The notes beneath the pieces were generated by a model that was given only the letters and a program-made list of their open reading frames with translations, was not told where the DNA came from and ran no database searches. A stretch of 60,072 nucleotides of DNA from a virus: the UHGV virus genome UHGV-0303171, one strand, 5' to 3'. Made by a program: the position numbers and the translations under genes. Each line of letters starts with the position of its first letter. Within the stretch, counting starts at the first letter, position 1. Shown piece after piece: positions 9,228-18,000 of this stretch.

Positions 9228-9404
9228 ATGTTTTCAGATGCGATACTTGTTAAGATATTCAGTGATGATCGTCTCAATGGCATCCCACTTGAATATCAGT
9301 CAACGGTTGTTCATGTTGTAGAAGATGTGATTGACAGAAGATTCTACACTGATAAACCGTTCGCTTCAAGAGAAGAGATACTTGAGGATGTGTGTGAAAG
9401 ATAG
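9228..9404 (+). CDS. hypothetical small protein
   Basis: 58-aa ORF with a strong AAGGAGG RBS 8 nt upstream. It is absent from the track because it is under 60 aa. Confidence 0.4.
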   Translation: MFSDAILVKIFSDDRLNGIPLEYQSTVVHVVEDVIDRRFYTDKPFASREEILEDVCER

Positions 9405-9415
9405 GAGGTCTATCA

Positions 9416-9921
9416 TGTACGAGAATCCATATTTTGGAAATCCGTACTTGCAACAGAATCAGCAGAGGTACGGAACTCCATATCAGCAACCAGTTCAACA
9501 GATGCAGGCTCAACAGCAACCTGTTTACAACCAGATGCAACAGGTCCCTCAACAGATTCAGCAACCGCAACTGATTGGTCACATTGTTGACGGTCAAGAG
9601 ACGATACAGGCAAGTGACGTTCCAATGAACGCTCCTTATGCGCTGTTTCCAAAAAATGATTTGTCAGAAATCTATTTGAAGTCATGGACTGCCAACGGAA
9701 CAATTCAGACAATAGTCTTTAAGCCTGTTCAAAATCAGCAGACAGACAATTTACCGTCTACTCAATCAGAAATGAAAATGGGGCTATCTGACGATGCGAC
9801 AGAAGCGTTTATGAAGAGATTTGACGAGCTTGGACGGAAACTTGATGAACTGGAAAACTCTATGAGCAACAGCAAACCGAAAACACGGTCTACAGTCAAA
9901 AAGGATGGTGACGGAGAATGA
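9416..9921 (+). CDS. Gln/Pro-rich hypothetical protein
   Basis: An AGGAGG RBS precedes it. The N-terminus MYENPYFGNPYLQQNQQRYGTPYQQPVQQMQAQQQ is low-complexity. Confidence 0.55.
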
Positions 9922-10136
9922 ACCCAATTAACCTTTTCGGAAATCCTCAGCAGTTTTTAAAACAGATGATGGGGAATAATCAAGTAATGAACAACCCTAT
10001 GGCCAAGAATGCTCTTGATATGGCTCAAAAAGGAGACATGAAAGGAATAGAGCAGTTGGCAAGGAACCTTGGGAAAGAACAAGGAACAAATGTTGATGAA
10101 CTTATGAATCAAATAAGAAGTAAGTTTGGATTATAG
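9918..10136 (+). CDS. hypothetical protein
   Basis: 72-aa ORF with start overlapping the previous stop (ATGA). Confidence 0.45.
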   Translation: MNPINLFGNPQQFLKQMMGNNQVMNNPMAKNALDMAQKGDMKGIEQLARNLGKEQGTNVDELMNQIRSKFGL

Positions 10137-10203
10137 CATATTAGAGGTTTGTGCACAGAAACTCGAGAAACCTCTTTATGAATAAAATTAAGGAGGAACT
10201 AAT

Positions 10204-10983
10204 ATGTTTAACTCAACTAACACACCTTTTACAATGCCAGTCATGCCAGCAACAGGCGGTTACGCTGATGGAGCTGGTTGGGGAGACGGGGGATGGTTAT
10301 GGATCATCGTCGTATTCGCACTGCTTTTTGGCTGGGGAAACAATGGATTTGGTAACGGATTCGGAAATGGTGGCGGTTATGCAGCAACAGTAGCTACACA
10401 AGCTGACATTCAGAGGGGATTCGATACTCAGAACATTGTTGGAAAACTGGACGGAATCAACAATGGATTGTGTGATGGCTTTTACGCTCAGAACACAGCT
10501 CTGATGAATGGATTCCACGGAATTGACAACGCAATCTGCAATCTGGGATACCAGACACAGCAGGGATTCAACACAACAAATGTTGCTTTGATGCAGGGAC
10601 AGAATGCATTACAGGCACAGCTTTCCGATTGTTGCTGCCAGAACAGAGAAGCTATTTCTCAGGTAAGATTTGACATGGCACAGGATACATGCGCTTTGCA
10701 GAACACAATGAATACAAACACTCGTGACATCATTGAGAGCCAGAACGCTGGAACAAGAGCAATCCTTGATTACCTCTGCCAGGATAAGATCGCTAGATTA
10801 CAGGCTGAGAACAACGATCTGAGACTTGCTGCTTCACAGGATAGACAGAATGCTCTTCTGACTACTGCAATGACAGCTCAGACAAATCAGATTATCAATG
10901 CTGTAAACCCGACACCAATTCCGGCATATCAGGTACCTAACCCGAATGTGTATTACGGATGCGGTAATGGATGTGGTTGTTAA
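10204..10983 (+). CDS. membrane protein with YjcZ-like Gly/Trp-rich N-terminal TM segment and Q/N-rich periodic body ending CGNGCGC
   Basis: GGWLWIIVVFALLFGWGNNGFGNGFGNGGG resembles YjcZ-type small sporulation proteins. An AAGGAGG RBS is present. Confidence 0.5.
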   Translation: MFNSTNTPFTMPVMPATGGYADGAGWGDGGWLWIIVVFALLFGWGNNGFGNGFGNGGGYAATVATQADIQRGFDTQNIVGKLDGINNGLCDGFYAQNTALMNGFHGIDNAICNLGYQTQQGFNTTNVALMQGQNALQAQLSDCCCQNREAISQVRFDMAQDTCALQNTMNTNTRDIIESQNAGTRAILDYLCQDKIARLQAENNDLRLAASQDRQNALLTTAMTAQTNQIINAVNPTPIPAYQVPNPNVYYGCGNGCGC

Positions 10984-11195
10984 TGACCAACAATCAAAAC
11001 GGAAACTACTCTTTTCTTGATATGTTGAACGTCTTTTCCGTTATCTTGCAGATGATTGGATACGACAAAGATCAGAAGCAAACGTCTAATGATGACTTGC
11101 TAAGAGCCTTGCAGAGACAGGACAGGGAGTATCTCGAAAAGATAATTTCCAATCAAAATCAAATCTTGGATATTCTTTCCAAGACGAATGAGTAA
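10971..11195 (+). CDS. hypothetical protein
   Basis: 74-aa ORF. Confidence 0.4.
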   Translation: MWLLMTNNQNGNYSFLDMLNVFSVILQMIGYDKDQKQTSNDDLLRALQRQDREYLEKIISNQNQILDILSKTNE

Positions 11196-11290
11196 CTTAA
11201 CTTAAATGTTATGTCTGCTATAAGCAGTATTACGAATACAAGGGGCAGACTGTAAACGGTTTGTCCCTTAAATTATGGAGGTAAAATACT

Positions 11291-11713
11291 ATGGCTGAGT
11301 TTACAAATGTTTCTGCTCAAGAAGTAGCAGCGAACGGAAATGTTATCTTTACAAACACGGCAGTTCAAGGAAATAACTGCATCAAACATCGTGAGGGTTC
11401 TGGAATTGTGACTCTGAGAGGAATCACAAATCAGTGCAGAGCGCGCTATTTTGTTGACGTCTCAGCGAATATCGCAGTACCGACCGGAGGTACAGCCGGA
11501 GCAATTTCACTGGCTATCGCAATCAGCGGAGAGCCTGTTCTTTCTTCTCAGATGATTAGCACTCCGGCAGCAGTTGACCAGTATAACAATGTATCTGCTG
11601 GAATTTATATCGATGTCCCAGCCGGATGCTGTGTAAACATTGCTGTTGAGAATACAAGTACACAGGCAATCAACGTGGCAAACGCTAACCTTGTTGTGAC
11701 TCGTGAAGCTTAG
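11291..11713 (+). CDS. BclA C-terminal-domain-like (TNF/C1q-like) protein, putative surface or structural protein
   Basis: YFVDVSANIAVPTGGTAGAISLAIAISGEPV ... NVANANLVVTREA has the alternating small and hydrophobic beta-strand style of BclA-CTD. No collagen repeats are present. Confidence 0.4.
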   Translation: MAEFTNVSAQEVAANGNVIFTNTAVQGNNCIKHREGSGIVTLRGITNQCRARYFVDVSANIAVPTGGTAGAISLAIAISGEPVLSSQMISTPAAVDQYNNVSAGIYIDVPAGCCVNIAVENTSTQAINVANANLVVTREA

Positions 11714-11727
11714 GAGGTGAGAATGTT

Positions 11728-12360
11728 ATGCATATCAAACATATACGTGAATTGATTGAAAAACTTTCTGAGTGCGCTTATTCTGAACTTTCTAGCGGTA
11801 TTGAAAACGTTAATACTTGCGAGATGGGACAGGTCATCGATATGATTAAAGACCTTGCCGATGCCGAATACCATGCAAGAATCTCAAAAGCTATGGAAGA
11901 AGCTGAGGAAGATGAAAAAGAGGAAGAGAAGTATCTTCTGAAAATGTTTAAAGACCAGTACGGTGAAGAGGATGCACGGAGATATTATGACGAATACCGT
12001 TATAAATCCGGCAGATTCGCTCCGAAAGGTCACGGAATGAGAAGAGGATACAATGAGCCGCCTTATTGGCACATGACTCCTGAGATGTATCGTGACTGGG
12101 ACACTGATCGTGACATGGACAGAGACAAGCACGGAAGAATGTATTACACGGAGCCTAAATCATCCAGTCGTTATGATATGGCTCGCCGTGGCTATACAGA
12201 CGCAAGAGATACACACAAGGACAAGGACACGAAGATGCATGAACTTGAATCTTACATGACAGAACTTGGAAAAGACGTGACTGATCTGATTTCTGACATG
12301 ACGCCGGAAGAGAGAACTCTTGCAAAATCAAAGCTTGCGACTCTCATCAATAAGATGTAA
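11728..12360 (+). CDS. hypothetical charged repeat protein (R/D/Y-rich)
   Basis: 210-aa ORF with a GGAGGTGAG RBS. A terminator hairpin follows. Confidence 0.55.
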   Translation: MHIKHIRELIEKLSECAYSELSSGIENVNTCEMGQVIDMIKDLADAEYHARISKAMEEAEEDEKEEEKYLLKMFKDQYGEEDARRYYDEYRYKSGRFAPKGHGMRRGYNEPPYWHMTPEMYRDWDTDRDMDRDKHGRMYYTEPKSSSRYDMARRGYTDARDTHKDKDTKMHELESYMTELGKDVTDLISDMTPEERTLAKSKLATLINKM

Positions 12361-12363
12361 TTC

Positions 12364-12392
12364 ACGGGAGGGCGAAAGCCTTCCCTTTTTAA
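12364..12392 (+). terminator. intrinsic terminator
   Basis: GGGAGGGC-gaaa-GCCTTCCC followed by TTTTTAAG. Confidence 0.55.
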
Positions 12393-12401
12393 GTAGGTGA
12401 T

Positions 12402-12731
12402 TTGATGAATTTCTATATCAATGATGAATTATGGCATGTCCAATATGAAAATCCATCCAGTGAGCTACTGAGACGTTCAGACGGTGTTTACACGCTCGGA
12501 GTTACTGACAGAATGACCAATACAATCTATCTGTCTAATCGTCTCCCGGATACCATGTTTGACCGCGTTCTTTCCCATGAGCTGACTCACGCTGTTTGTA
12601 TGACCTACGGAATTTCTCTTCCTATAGAAACAGAGGAACGCCTTTGCAATTTCATTTCTGACCATGCGAGAGAAATTATTTCATTGACTGATTTGATTGA
12701 AAATATTTTGCTTGCTCGTGTTGCTTATTAA
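12402..12731 (+). CDS. HExxH zinc-metallopeptidase-like mini-protein (ImmA/IrrE- or SprT-like)
   Basis: VLSHELTHAV is an HExxH motif in a 109-aa protein. Confidence 0.5.
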   Translation: MMNFYINDELWHVQYENPSSELLRRSDGVYTLGVTDRMTNTIYLSNRLPDTMFDRVLSHELTHAVCMTYGISLPIETEERLCNFISDHAREIISLTDLIENILLARVAY

Positions 12732-12736
12732 TTTCA

Positions 12737-12888
12737 TTTGTGTTATAATAATATCAGCAACGAGAAATATGTGAAGAACGAATGGGATTCAGATCAACAA
12801 TGGTCAGGAATCGTCAGCCTGAGTATACTGAGAAAAAGGATAGTACAAAATACTGTCTTTACTCTCAGCGTACTCAGGCTTTTTTATT
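12737..12888 (+). promoter_or_regulatory. conserved leader RNA element copy A: extended -10 promoter, conserved about 70-nt core, intrinsic terminator (putative riboswitch or attenuator)
   Basis: TGtTATAAT lies at 12741-12749. The core ATCAGCAACGAGAAAT..GAATGGGA..AGGAATCGTCAGCCT is shared with 19705-19775. A long hairpin at 12817-12880 is followed by T6. Confidence 0.5.
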
Positions 12889-13199
12889 TCACAAAAATAG
12901 TTTTTCGGATTTAAAATCGAAAAACTAGTTGCGAATCATACTCCAGTGATCTTGGATACGAGTCTATAAAGCAAGAAACTCTTGATAGCGGTCGTGTTAT
13001 TTATCACAGAAGAATCACACAGCTTGGAAGAAAGTTTATCTTAGGTTTGTTTGATATGGCTGCATAATCCACACTATAAGAATAATATTTTGGTAACGGA
13101 AATTGCACGGTTGATCCGTGCTTTTTTCATGCAATCTATTGAGTTTTTCAAAAGAATGTAATACAATTACAGTATATCGAAAGAAAGGAAAAAAGGATT

Positions 13200-13769
13200 A
13201 TGGGAAAATCAAAAAACACAGGAACAAAAATTTGCAAACATTGTCAGTCAGAAATACCAAAGAAAGCAAAGGTTTGTCCGAATTGTAGAAAGAAACAGGG
13301 TGGCAAGCTGAAATGGATTATTATTGCAATTGTAGTGATTGGAATTATCGGAGCTGCTATGGGCGGTGGTGGATCAGACGATTCCACAGCAAAGAGTGAT
13401 TCAAACAGTAAAGGTGCCACAGATGCTAAACAGGAAGAAACAATTAAGTATACACAGGTTTCTATCGGTGACATGATGGATGCTCTTGACAAGAATGCAG
13501 CAGCAGCTTCTGATGAGTACAAAGACAAGTATCTTGAAATTACAGGAAAACTTTCAAATATAGATAGCGACTCATCATACATTAGTATTCTTCCTGAAGA
13601 TGATGACTTTGCACTTACTGGAGTTCAGTGCTACACAAATGGAGATGAAGATATCATTAACGCTGTGAAGACTCTTTCAACTGGTGATACTATTACAGTA
13701 AGAGGAAAGTGTACAGATGTAGGAGAGGTTATGGGATACAGCCTTGACCTTGAAGAAATCGTACAGTAA
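13200..13769 (+). CDS. zinc-ribbon membrane protein with extracellular C-terminal domain
   Basis: CKHCQSEIPKKAKVCPNC zinc ribbon, followed by TM helix WIIIAIVVIGIIGAAMG. An AAAGGAAAAAAGG RBS is present. Confidence 0.6.
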   Translation: MGKSKNTGTKICKHCQSEIPKKAKVCPNCRKKQGGKLKWIIIAIVVIGIIGAAMGGGGSDDSTAKSDSNSKGATDAKQEETIKYTQVSIGDMMDALDKNAAAASDEYKDKYLEITGKLSNIDSDSSYISILPEDDDFALTGVQCYTNGDEDIINAVKTLSTGDTITVRGKCTDVGEVMGYSLDLEEIVQ

Positions 13770-13790
13770 CAATTGAATATGGATTATTTT

Positions 13791-13822
13791 GGAGAGGGAT
13801 TTTTATTCCTCTCTATTTTTTT
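13791..13822 (+). terminator. intrinsic terminator
   Basis: GGAGAGGGA-ttttta-TTCCTCTCT followed by T8. Confidence 0.65.
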
Positions 13823-13841
13823 GAATTTAGGTATTGACTTA

Positions 13842-13872
13842 TCGGGCTACATATATTATTATAATTACAGGG
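13842..13872 (+). promoter_or_regulatory. sigma-70-like promoter
   Basis: TTGACT, a 17-nt spacer, then TATTAT/TATAAT, upstream of the RHH gene. Confidence 0.45.
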
Positions 13873-13894
13873 CTACAGAAAGTGGGGTGAAAAT

Positions 13895-14071
13895 ATGAGT
13901 CCAAGAACAGGAAGACCAAAAAGTGAAAATCCAAAGTCAAACCCTATTCACGTAAGGCTAGACAATGAAACAAAGGAAATTCTTGATGAATATTGTCAGC
14001 AAGAAAAAATTCCGAAGACAGAGGGAATAAGAAGAGGGATTCACAAATTAAAGTCTGAAATTAAAAAATAG
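13895..14071 (+). CDS. ribbon-helix-helix (CopG-like) DNA-binding protein
   Basis: MSPRTGRPKSENPKSNPIHVRLDNETKEILDEY is the typical RHH N-terminal beta-strand plus helix. The ORF is 58 aa. Confidence 0.55.
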   Translation: MSPRTGRPKSENPKSNPIHVRLDNETKEILDEYCQQEKIPKTEGIRRGIHKLKSEIKK

Positions 14072-14198
14072 AGATTCACGCGTACTTTTGCCGGTTACGT
14101 GAATCTCCAAGATGTTAGAAGTTTCCTTCTGCAAATATTATAATGCAGACGGGGACTTCTTTCAAGAACATTTTTTTAAATTGAAAGGAGTTTTTATT

Positions 14199-14372
14199 AT
14201 GCAGGAAATTAACTTAGAAGTAAATATTATGAAACCAGAGAACAACAGAGCAATTCTCCATTACATTGCGGACAATCTTGTCTGCTATACCAGTCTTGCC
14301 GAACTTGCAGGATTTTGTAAAATGTACGCAGCAAAGTATGATTTTATAATGATGTCTAAGGGGGAAAAATAA
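14199..14372 (+). CDS. hypothetical small protein
   Basis: 57-aa ORF following a GAAAGGAG RBS. Confidence 0.35.
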   Translation: MQEINLEVNIMKPENNRAILHYIADNLVCYTSLAELAGFCKMYAAKYDFIMMSKGEK

Positions 14373-14542
14373 ATGAAAGACGTTGATAGATGCGAAGAAA
14401 ATAGATGGTACAGAAGAAGAATTGAACAGATGGTGAATAAAATGGATAACGCAAAATTCTTGAGAGCCATTTATATTTTTACGAAAGGATTAATGGAATA
14501 GGAAGAGCAAAGGCAACAGCGTAATTTGATATGGAGGATAAG

Positions 14543-15283
14543 ATGATGGCAAAAGAGACAATTAAAGTAGAAACTATTTCATCTATGGAAGTAGCAAAGA
14601 TGATTGAGAAAGACCACAAGAACTTGATGAGAGATATTGCAAAGTACACTAAATATCTCAAAGAATCTAACAGTGATTTAGGACAGCTGAATTTTCAGCC
14701 GTCCTCATTGGAGGGGAAATCTAACGAGCTCAAAATTGAGCCGGTTGAAAATTGCATTATTAATTTGAATGAATTCTGGATGAATTCTACATATTTAGAC
14801 GGAAAAGGCGAACGCCGACCTTGCTTTAGCATCACAAAGAAAGGCTGTGAGTTTATTGCTCATAAGTGCACCGGGCAGAAAGGCGTAGTCTTCACGGCAA
14901 GATACATCAACAGATTCCATGAACTTGAGGAAAATGCAAATAAGAACAGATTAATCCATGTGTCAGACAAGCCAGCTCCACGAGCGATTACATTTTACAA
15001 GAGAAATTTAGCTAGAATTGAATTGTTTGCTAAGATTGGTGAATTTACAAAGAGAGAAGTTATTGATGACCTGATTTCTTATGTATCGTCTCGCTTTGAT
15101 ATGGAAGAAGCTACTATCCAATATATTGTTGATGTTGGTGAAAAGCCTCGATACAGACTGGATATATTTGATTACTTCCCGGAAATCGGGAAATTTGGCG
15201 AGGAATACCTCAAATTCATGATTGAGTTTAATATTGGTTTATATGCGGAAAGGAGAAAAAAGAATGGTAGTACGGAAGCTTAA
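14543..15283 (+). CDS. phage regulatory protein Rha (antirepressor-like)
   Basis: ISSMEVAKMIEKDHKNLMRDIAKY matches the Rha N-terminal signature (SxEIAE..gK.HkhVLRDI). A TGGAGGAT RBS is present. Confidence 0.7.
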   Translation: MMAKETIKVETISSMEVAKMIEKDHKNLMRDIAKYTKYLKESNSDLGQLNFQPSSLEGKSNELKIEPVENCIINLNEFWMNSTYLDGKGERRPCFSITKKGCEFIAHKCTGQKGVVFTARYINRFHELEENANKNRLIHVSDKPAPRAITFYKRNLARIELFAKIGEFTKREVIDDLISYVSSRFDMEEATIQYIVDVGEKPRYRLDIFDYFPEIGKFGEEYLKFMIEFNIGLYAERRKKNGSTEA

Positions 15284-15515
15284 AGTAAAAGTTAGCGATA
15301 TGAGAAGCACGCTGAATAATATCGAAGAGAAAATTCGCCCGATCAGCGACAGCGTGGTTACAGATTACTTTGCGGAAGATCTGCTGCCATTGGTTGCGAT
15401 TGCTGACAAAGTGGAGATGGGGAAGACAAAAGCACTGATTTACGCTTTCAAGCTCGGTTTTAGAGCCGGGAAGATGGATTTGAAAGAGGAATTGCTTGAT
15501 AATTTCTGCAAATAA
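15264..15515 (+). CDS. hypothetical protein
   Basis: ATG 15264 follows a GGAAAGGAG RBS, in frame with the track ORF. Confidence 0.45.
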   Translation: MVVRKLKVKVSDMRSTLNNIEEKIRPISDSVVTDYFAEDLLPLVAIADKVEMGKTKALIYAFKLGFRAGKMDLKEELLDNFCK

Positions 15516-15531
15516 TCAAAGAGGGGAGATT

Positions 15532-15709
15532 ATTTCTCCCCTTGCTTTTCCCTTATAAACCGCTTGATTTCAAGAATCATCTGCTCTCTGCCCTCATATC
15601 TGTGGATATCATCAACATCCCTGGAAGTGATCGCAGAGCCGATATCGCGAGTATTTTCCTTGAGACGTTTGTCCAGGTACTCTAAAATGTCCTCGTACAT
15701 GCCAATACT
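15532..15709 (-). CDS. hypothetical small protein
   Basis: Reverse-strand ORF MYEDILEYLDKRLKENTRDIG... of 58 aa. A GGAG RBS lies 8 nt upstream on the minus strand. Its end overlaps a bidirectional hairpin at 15523-15542. Confidence 0.35.
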
Positions 15710-15831
15710 CCTTTTCTTTTTATCATAACATTTTTTCAGAACGGAGTAAAGTTCGCGGTTTTAGGGAAGAAATTTGAGATTTTTGAGAAAAAATTGGTGG
15801 CAAAATTCTAAATACAATTATCTAAATACAT

Positions 15832-16045
15832 TTATATAAATACAATGATATAATTGCAATTATATAAATACCATTATATAACATACATTATATAAATACA
15901 ATTATAAGTAAATGCATTGAAAGCCTTTAAAATAAAGGGGTTTCGTGATATAATGCACATTATAAAGCAATCTAAATACCATTATATAATTGATGTTATA
16001 TAAATACTATTATATAATTACCGTTATATAATTGCCATTATAACA
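15832..16045. repeat. iteron array: at least 8 perfect and 4 degenerate copies of palindromic TTATATAA on a 14-bp phase, in two clusters
   Basis: Perfect copies start at 15832, 15860, 15874, 15888, 15982, 15996, 16010 and 16024. Variants start at 15846, 15902, 15960 and 16038. The array lies in a divergent intergenic region. Confidence 0.65.
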
Positions 16046-16060
16046 AAGGAGTGATTCAAA

Positions 16061-16804
16061 ATGAAAACGTCTAACTCACAGAAGAAAGCAGTCAGAGCCT
16101 ACGAAGAAAGCAAAGATATTATCAGAGGAATTTTTCCCAAAGGAACGAAAGACCGTATAATCAGTGCTGGATACACGTATAACGGTTTTTTGAATGAAGC
16201 TGTAGAAAGGTTCTTTCACGACCTTGAAACGCCAACAGCCCCGATTTTAGAGCCTACAGATAGCGTTTCGCAGATCGAAAAAGAGACGAAAGAGGTCGAC
16301 CAGATGGCAGCAGTTGAATTGATGCCATGGGAAGAGGGTTTTATTGATCCTCTGTCTGAGTCAGAAGAGGAAAAGAAGAAAGAGAAATCGGCGAAATTCT
16401 TAGCTCGCAAATACGGTGAACAAATCACTGACATTGTTATACAGAAAGATTTGATAAACACTTACAGCGTGGATATTTTTGCAAAAGCGAAAGAATACGT
16501 TAAGCACCCGGAACTACTGGAAGGACCTGTTCAGGAAAACATGCCAGAAGAAAAGGGAATTCAATCAATCGAGGAATTAAACGAAGAACTTGCAAAGAAG
16601 AGATCAGAAGACGCTGCTAAGATTTCCGCGGAGGAAGAATGCCGTCAAAATTACTGGAAGAATATACAAGAATCAAACAAAGCAGACATCGTGAACCACG
16701 TCAAAAGAATTCGAAATGGTTCAGAAATGACCGAGGAAGAGAAGAAGAAAGAAGCAGAACGGGAAGAATGGAAGAAACGGAACAACAAAGAATTCGGAGT
16801 TTGA
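16061..16804 (+). CDS. K/E-rich hypothetical protein (possible RHH-like N-terminus)
   Basis: 247-aa ORF with an AAAGGAG RBS, lying immediately after the iteron array. Confidence 0.55.
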   Translation: MKTSNSQKKAVRAYEESKDIIRGIFPKGTKDRIISAGYTYNGFLNEAVERFFHDLETPTAPILEPTDSVSQIEKETKEVDQMAAVELMPWEEGFIDPLSESEEEKKKEKSAKFLARKYGEQITDIVIQKDLINTYSVDIFAKAKEYVKHPELLEGPVQENMPEEKGIQSIEELNEELAKKRSEDAAKISAEEECRQNYWKNIQESNKADIVNHVKRIRNGSEMTEEEKKKEAEREEWKKRNNKEFGV

Positions 16805-16956
16805 TTCTGTGACAGCGCAGAATGTGCCTAGAATCGATTTGAATTGGTTTATGCTATACTTCTTTGTCTGACGATGAAAACAGCCTTAAAAAGCAAAATA
16901 GAGCGTTGTACAAAAATAAGCAAACAAAAAGAGCCGGGAATTTCTCCCGGTTCTCA

Positions 16957-17718
16957 TTATATTCCAAACAATCTTTCAAAGAAACCTTTCTTTTTCGGTG
17001 GGCGCTGCTGCATCCAGTGATTAATCAAATGCCATGTTTCGCTCTTGTCGTACATCGGAACAACTATTTTTTTGACTCCGCTATCAGGATTCATATAATA
17101 TGCCTGCCCATAGCGCGGTAAATCCTCGCAACCGTTAAAGCCTAGTATATTTCTGCTGTCCTGCGCTGACCTCGTGCGCAGTCCAACACGGGCATCAAAG
17201 TTGACCTTGATTTCTGTTGGTATGACCTTGGCAAGTGGACACTGAGTCGCGCAGATCAGATGGACTCCGGCGGCACGTCCTACCTGTGCAATACGCTGGA
17301 TCAGTGGCATAACCTGTTTTTTGTTCGTGGTCATCAAGTCCGCTAATTCGTCAATAATAACATATATCTGCGCTCCATGGTATTTCTTCTCGTGCACTCT
17401 CTGCATCTGTGTATATCTCATTTCAATGATATTCATAGCCATCTGCAAGCCTCTGACCATCTCAGCCGGTTCGGATGCATAGAACGCCGTATGCTGAAGA
17501 TATCTATAGTCTACGAGTTCCACTCTCTTCGGGTCGATAAGAATGAACTGTACTTGTGACGGTGCCTCAAATAGTGCTGTTGTGATAATTCCATTAATTA
17601 CCACAGATTTTCCCGATCCAGTAGCTCCAGCCACTAACAAGTGCGGCTGCGCCATCATGTTTTCATAATCGATAAAACTCTTTCCCTCTGGTGTGATCCA
17701 ATTTCTCTGTGCTTTCAT
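16957..17718 (-). CDS. FtsK/SpoIIIE-family DNA translocase ATPase domain protein
   Basis: Walker A is VAGATGSGKS and Walker B is YVIIDELADLM. The arginine-finger region AAGVHLICATQ is present. Confidence 0.85.
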   Translation of the reverse strand: MKAQRNWITPEGKSFIDYENMMAQPHLLVAGATGSGKSVVINGIITTALFEAPSQVQFILIDPKRVELVDYRYLQHTAFYASEPAEMVRGLQMAMNIIEMRYTQMQRVHEKKYHGAQIYVIIDELADLMTTNKKQVMPLIQRIAQVGRAAGVHLICATQCPLAKVIPTEIKVNFDARVGLRTRSAQDSRNILGFNGCEDLPRYGQAYYMNPDSGVKKIVVPMYDKSETWHLINHWMQQRPPKKKGFFERLFGI

Positions 17719-17739
17719 TTTCTCAAGTCCTCCGTTTTT

Positions 17740-17943
17740 CTAGTTTAATGCCTTGTCGATCGCTTCTGCTAAATGTGGGAACGCTTCTTGCACTTCCTGC
17801 ATTGTGTCCGCTGTAAAGTCTCCGATTGTTTTCCCGTCCTTGTAAACATTGCCATGATAAACGCAATCTAAATCGCTAAAGCTCCAATCTATTCCGGTTA
17901 TTTCTTTTGGGTTGTTCTTGTACCACATATCAATACTAATCAT
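17740..17943 (-). CDS. hypothetical protein
   Basis: 67-aa ORF, co-oriented with and adjacent to the FtsK-like gene. Confidence 0.5.
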   Translation of the reverse strand: MISIDMWYKNNPKEITGIDWSFSDLDCVYHGNVYKDGKTIGDFTADTMQEVQEAFPHLAEAIDKALN

Positions 17944-18000
17944 GCTATTTTCCTCCTGATCTGCTCAAGACTTCCGGGGATTGCTCCCCGGTTGTTCTAT

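Noticed and set aside
14072-14108. Inverted repeat GAGATTCACG...CGTGAATCTC after the RHH gene as a terminator
   Set aside because: The stem is good but there is no T-run. It could be an operator for the RHH protein instead. Evidence is insufficient either way.
15832-16045. Possible CRISPR array
   Set aside because: The repeats are 8-bp palindromes with spacers of about 6 nt on a 14-bp phase. This is far too short for CRISPR repeats and spacers, and there is no leader or cas genes. They are interpreted as iterons or operators.
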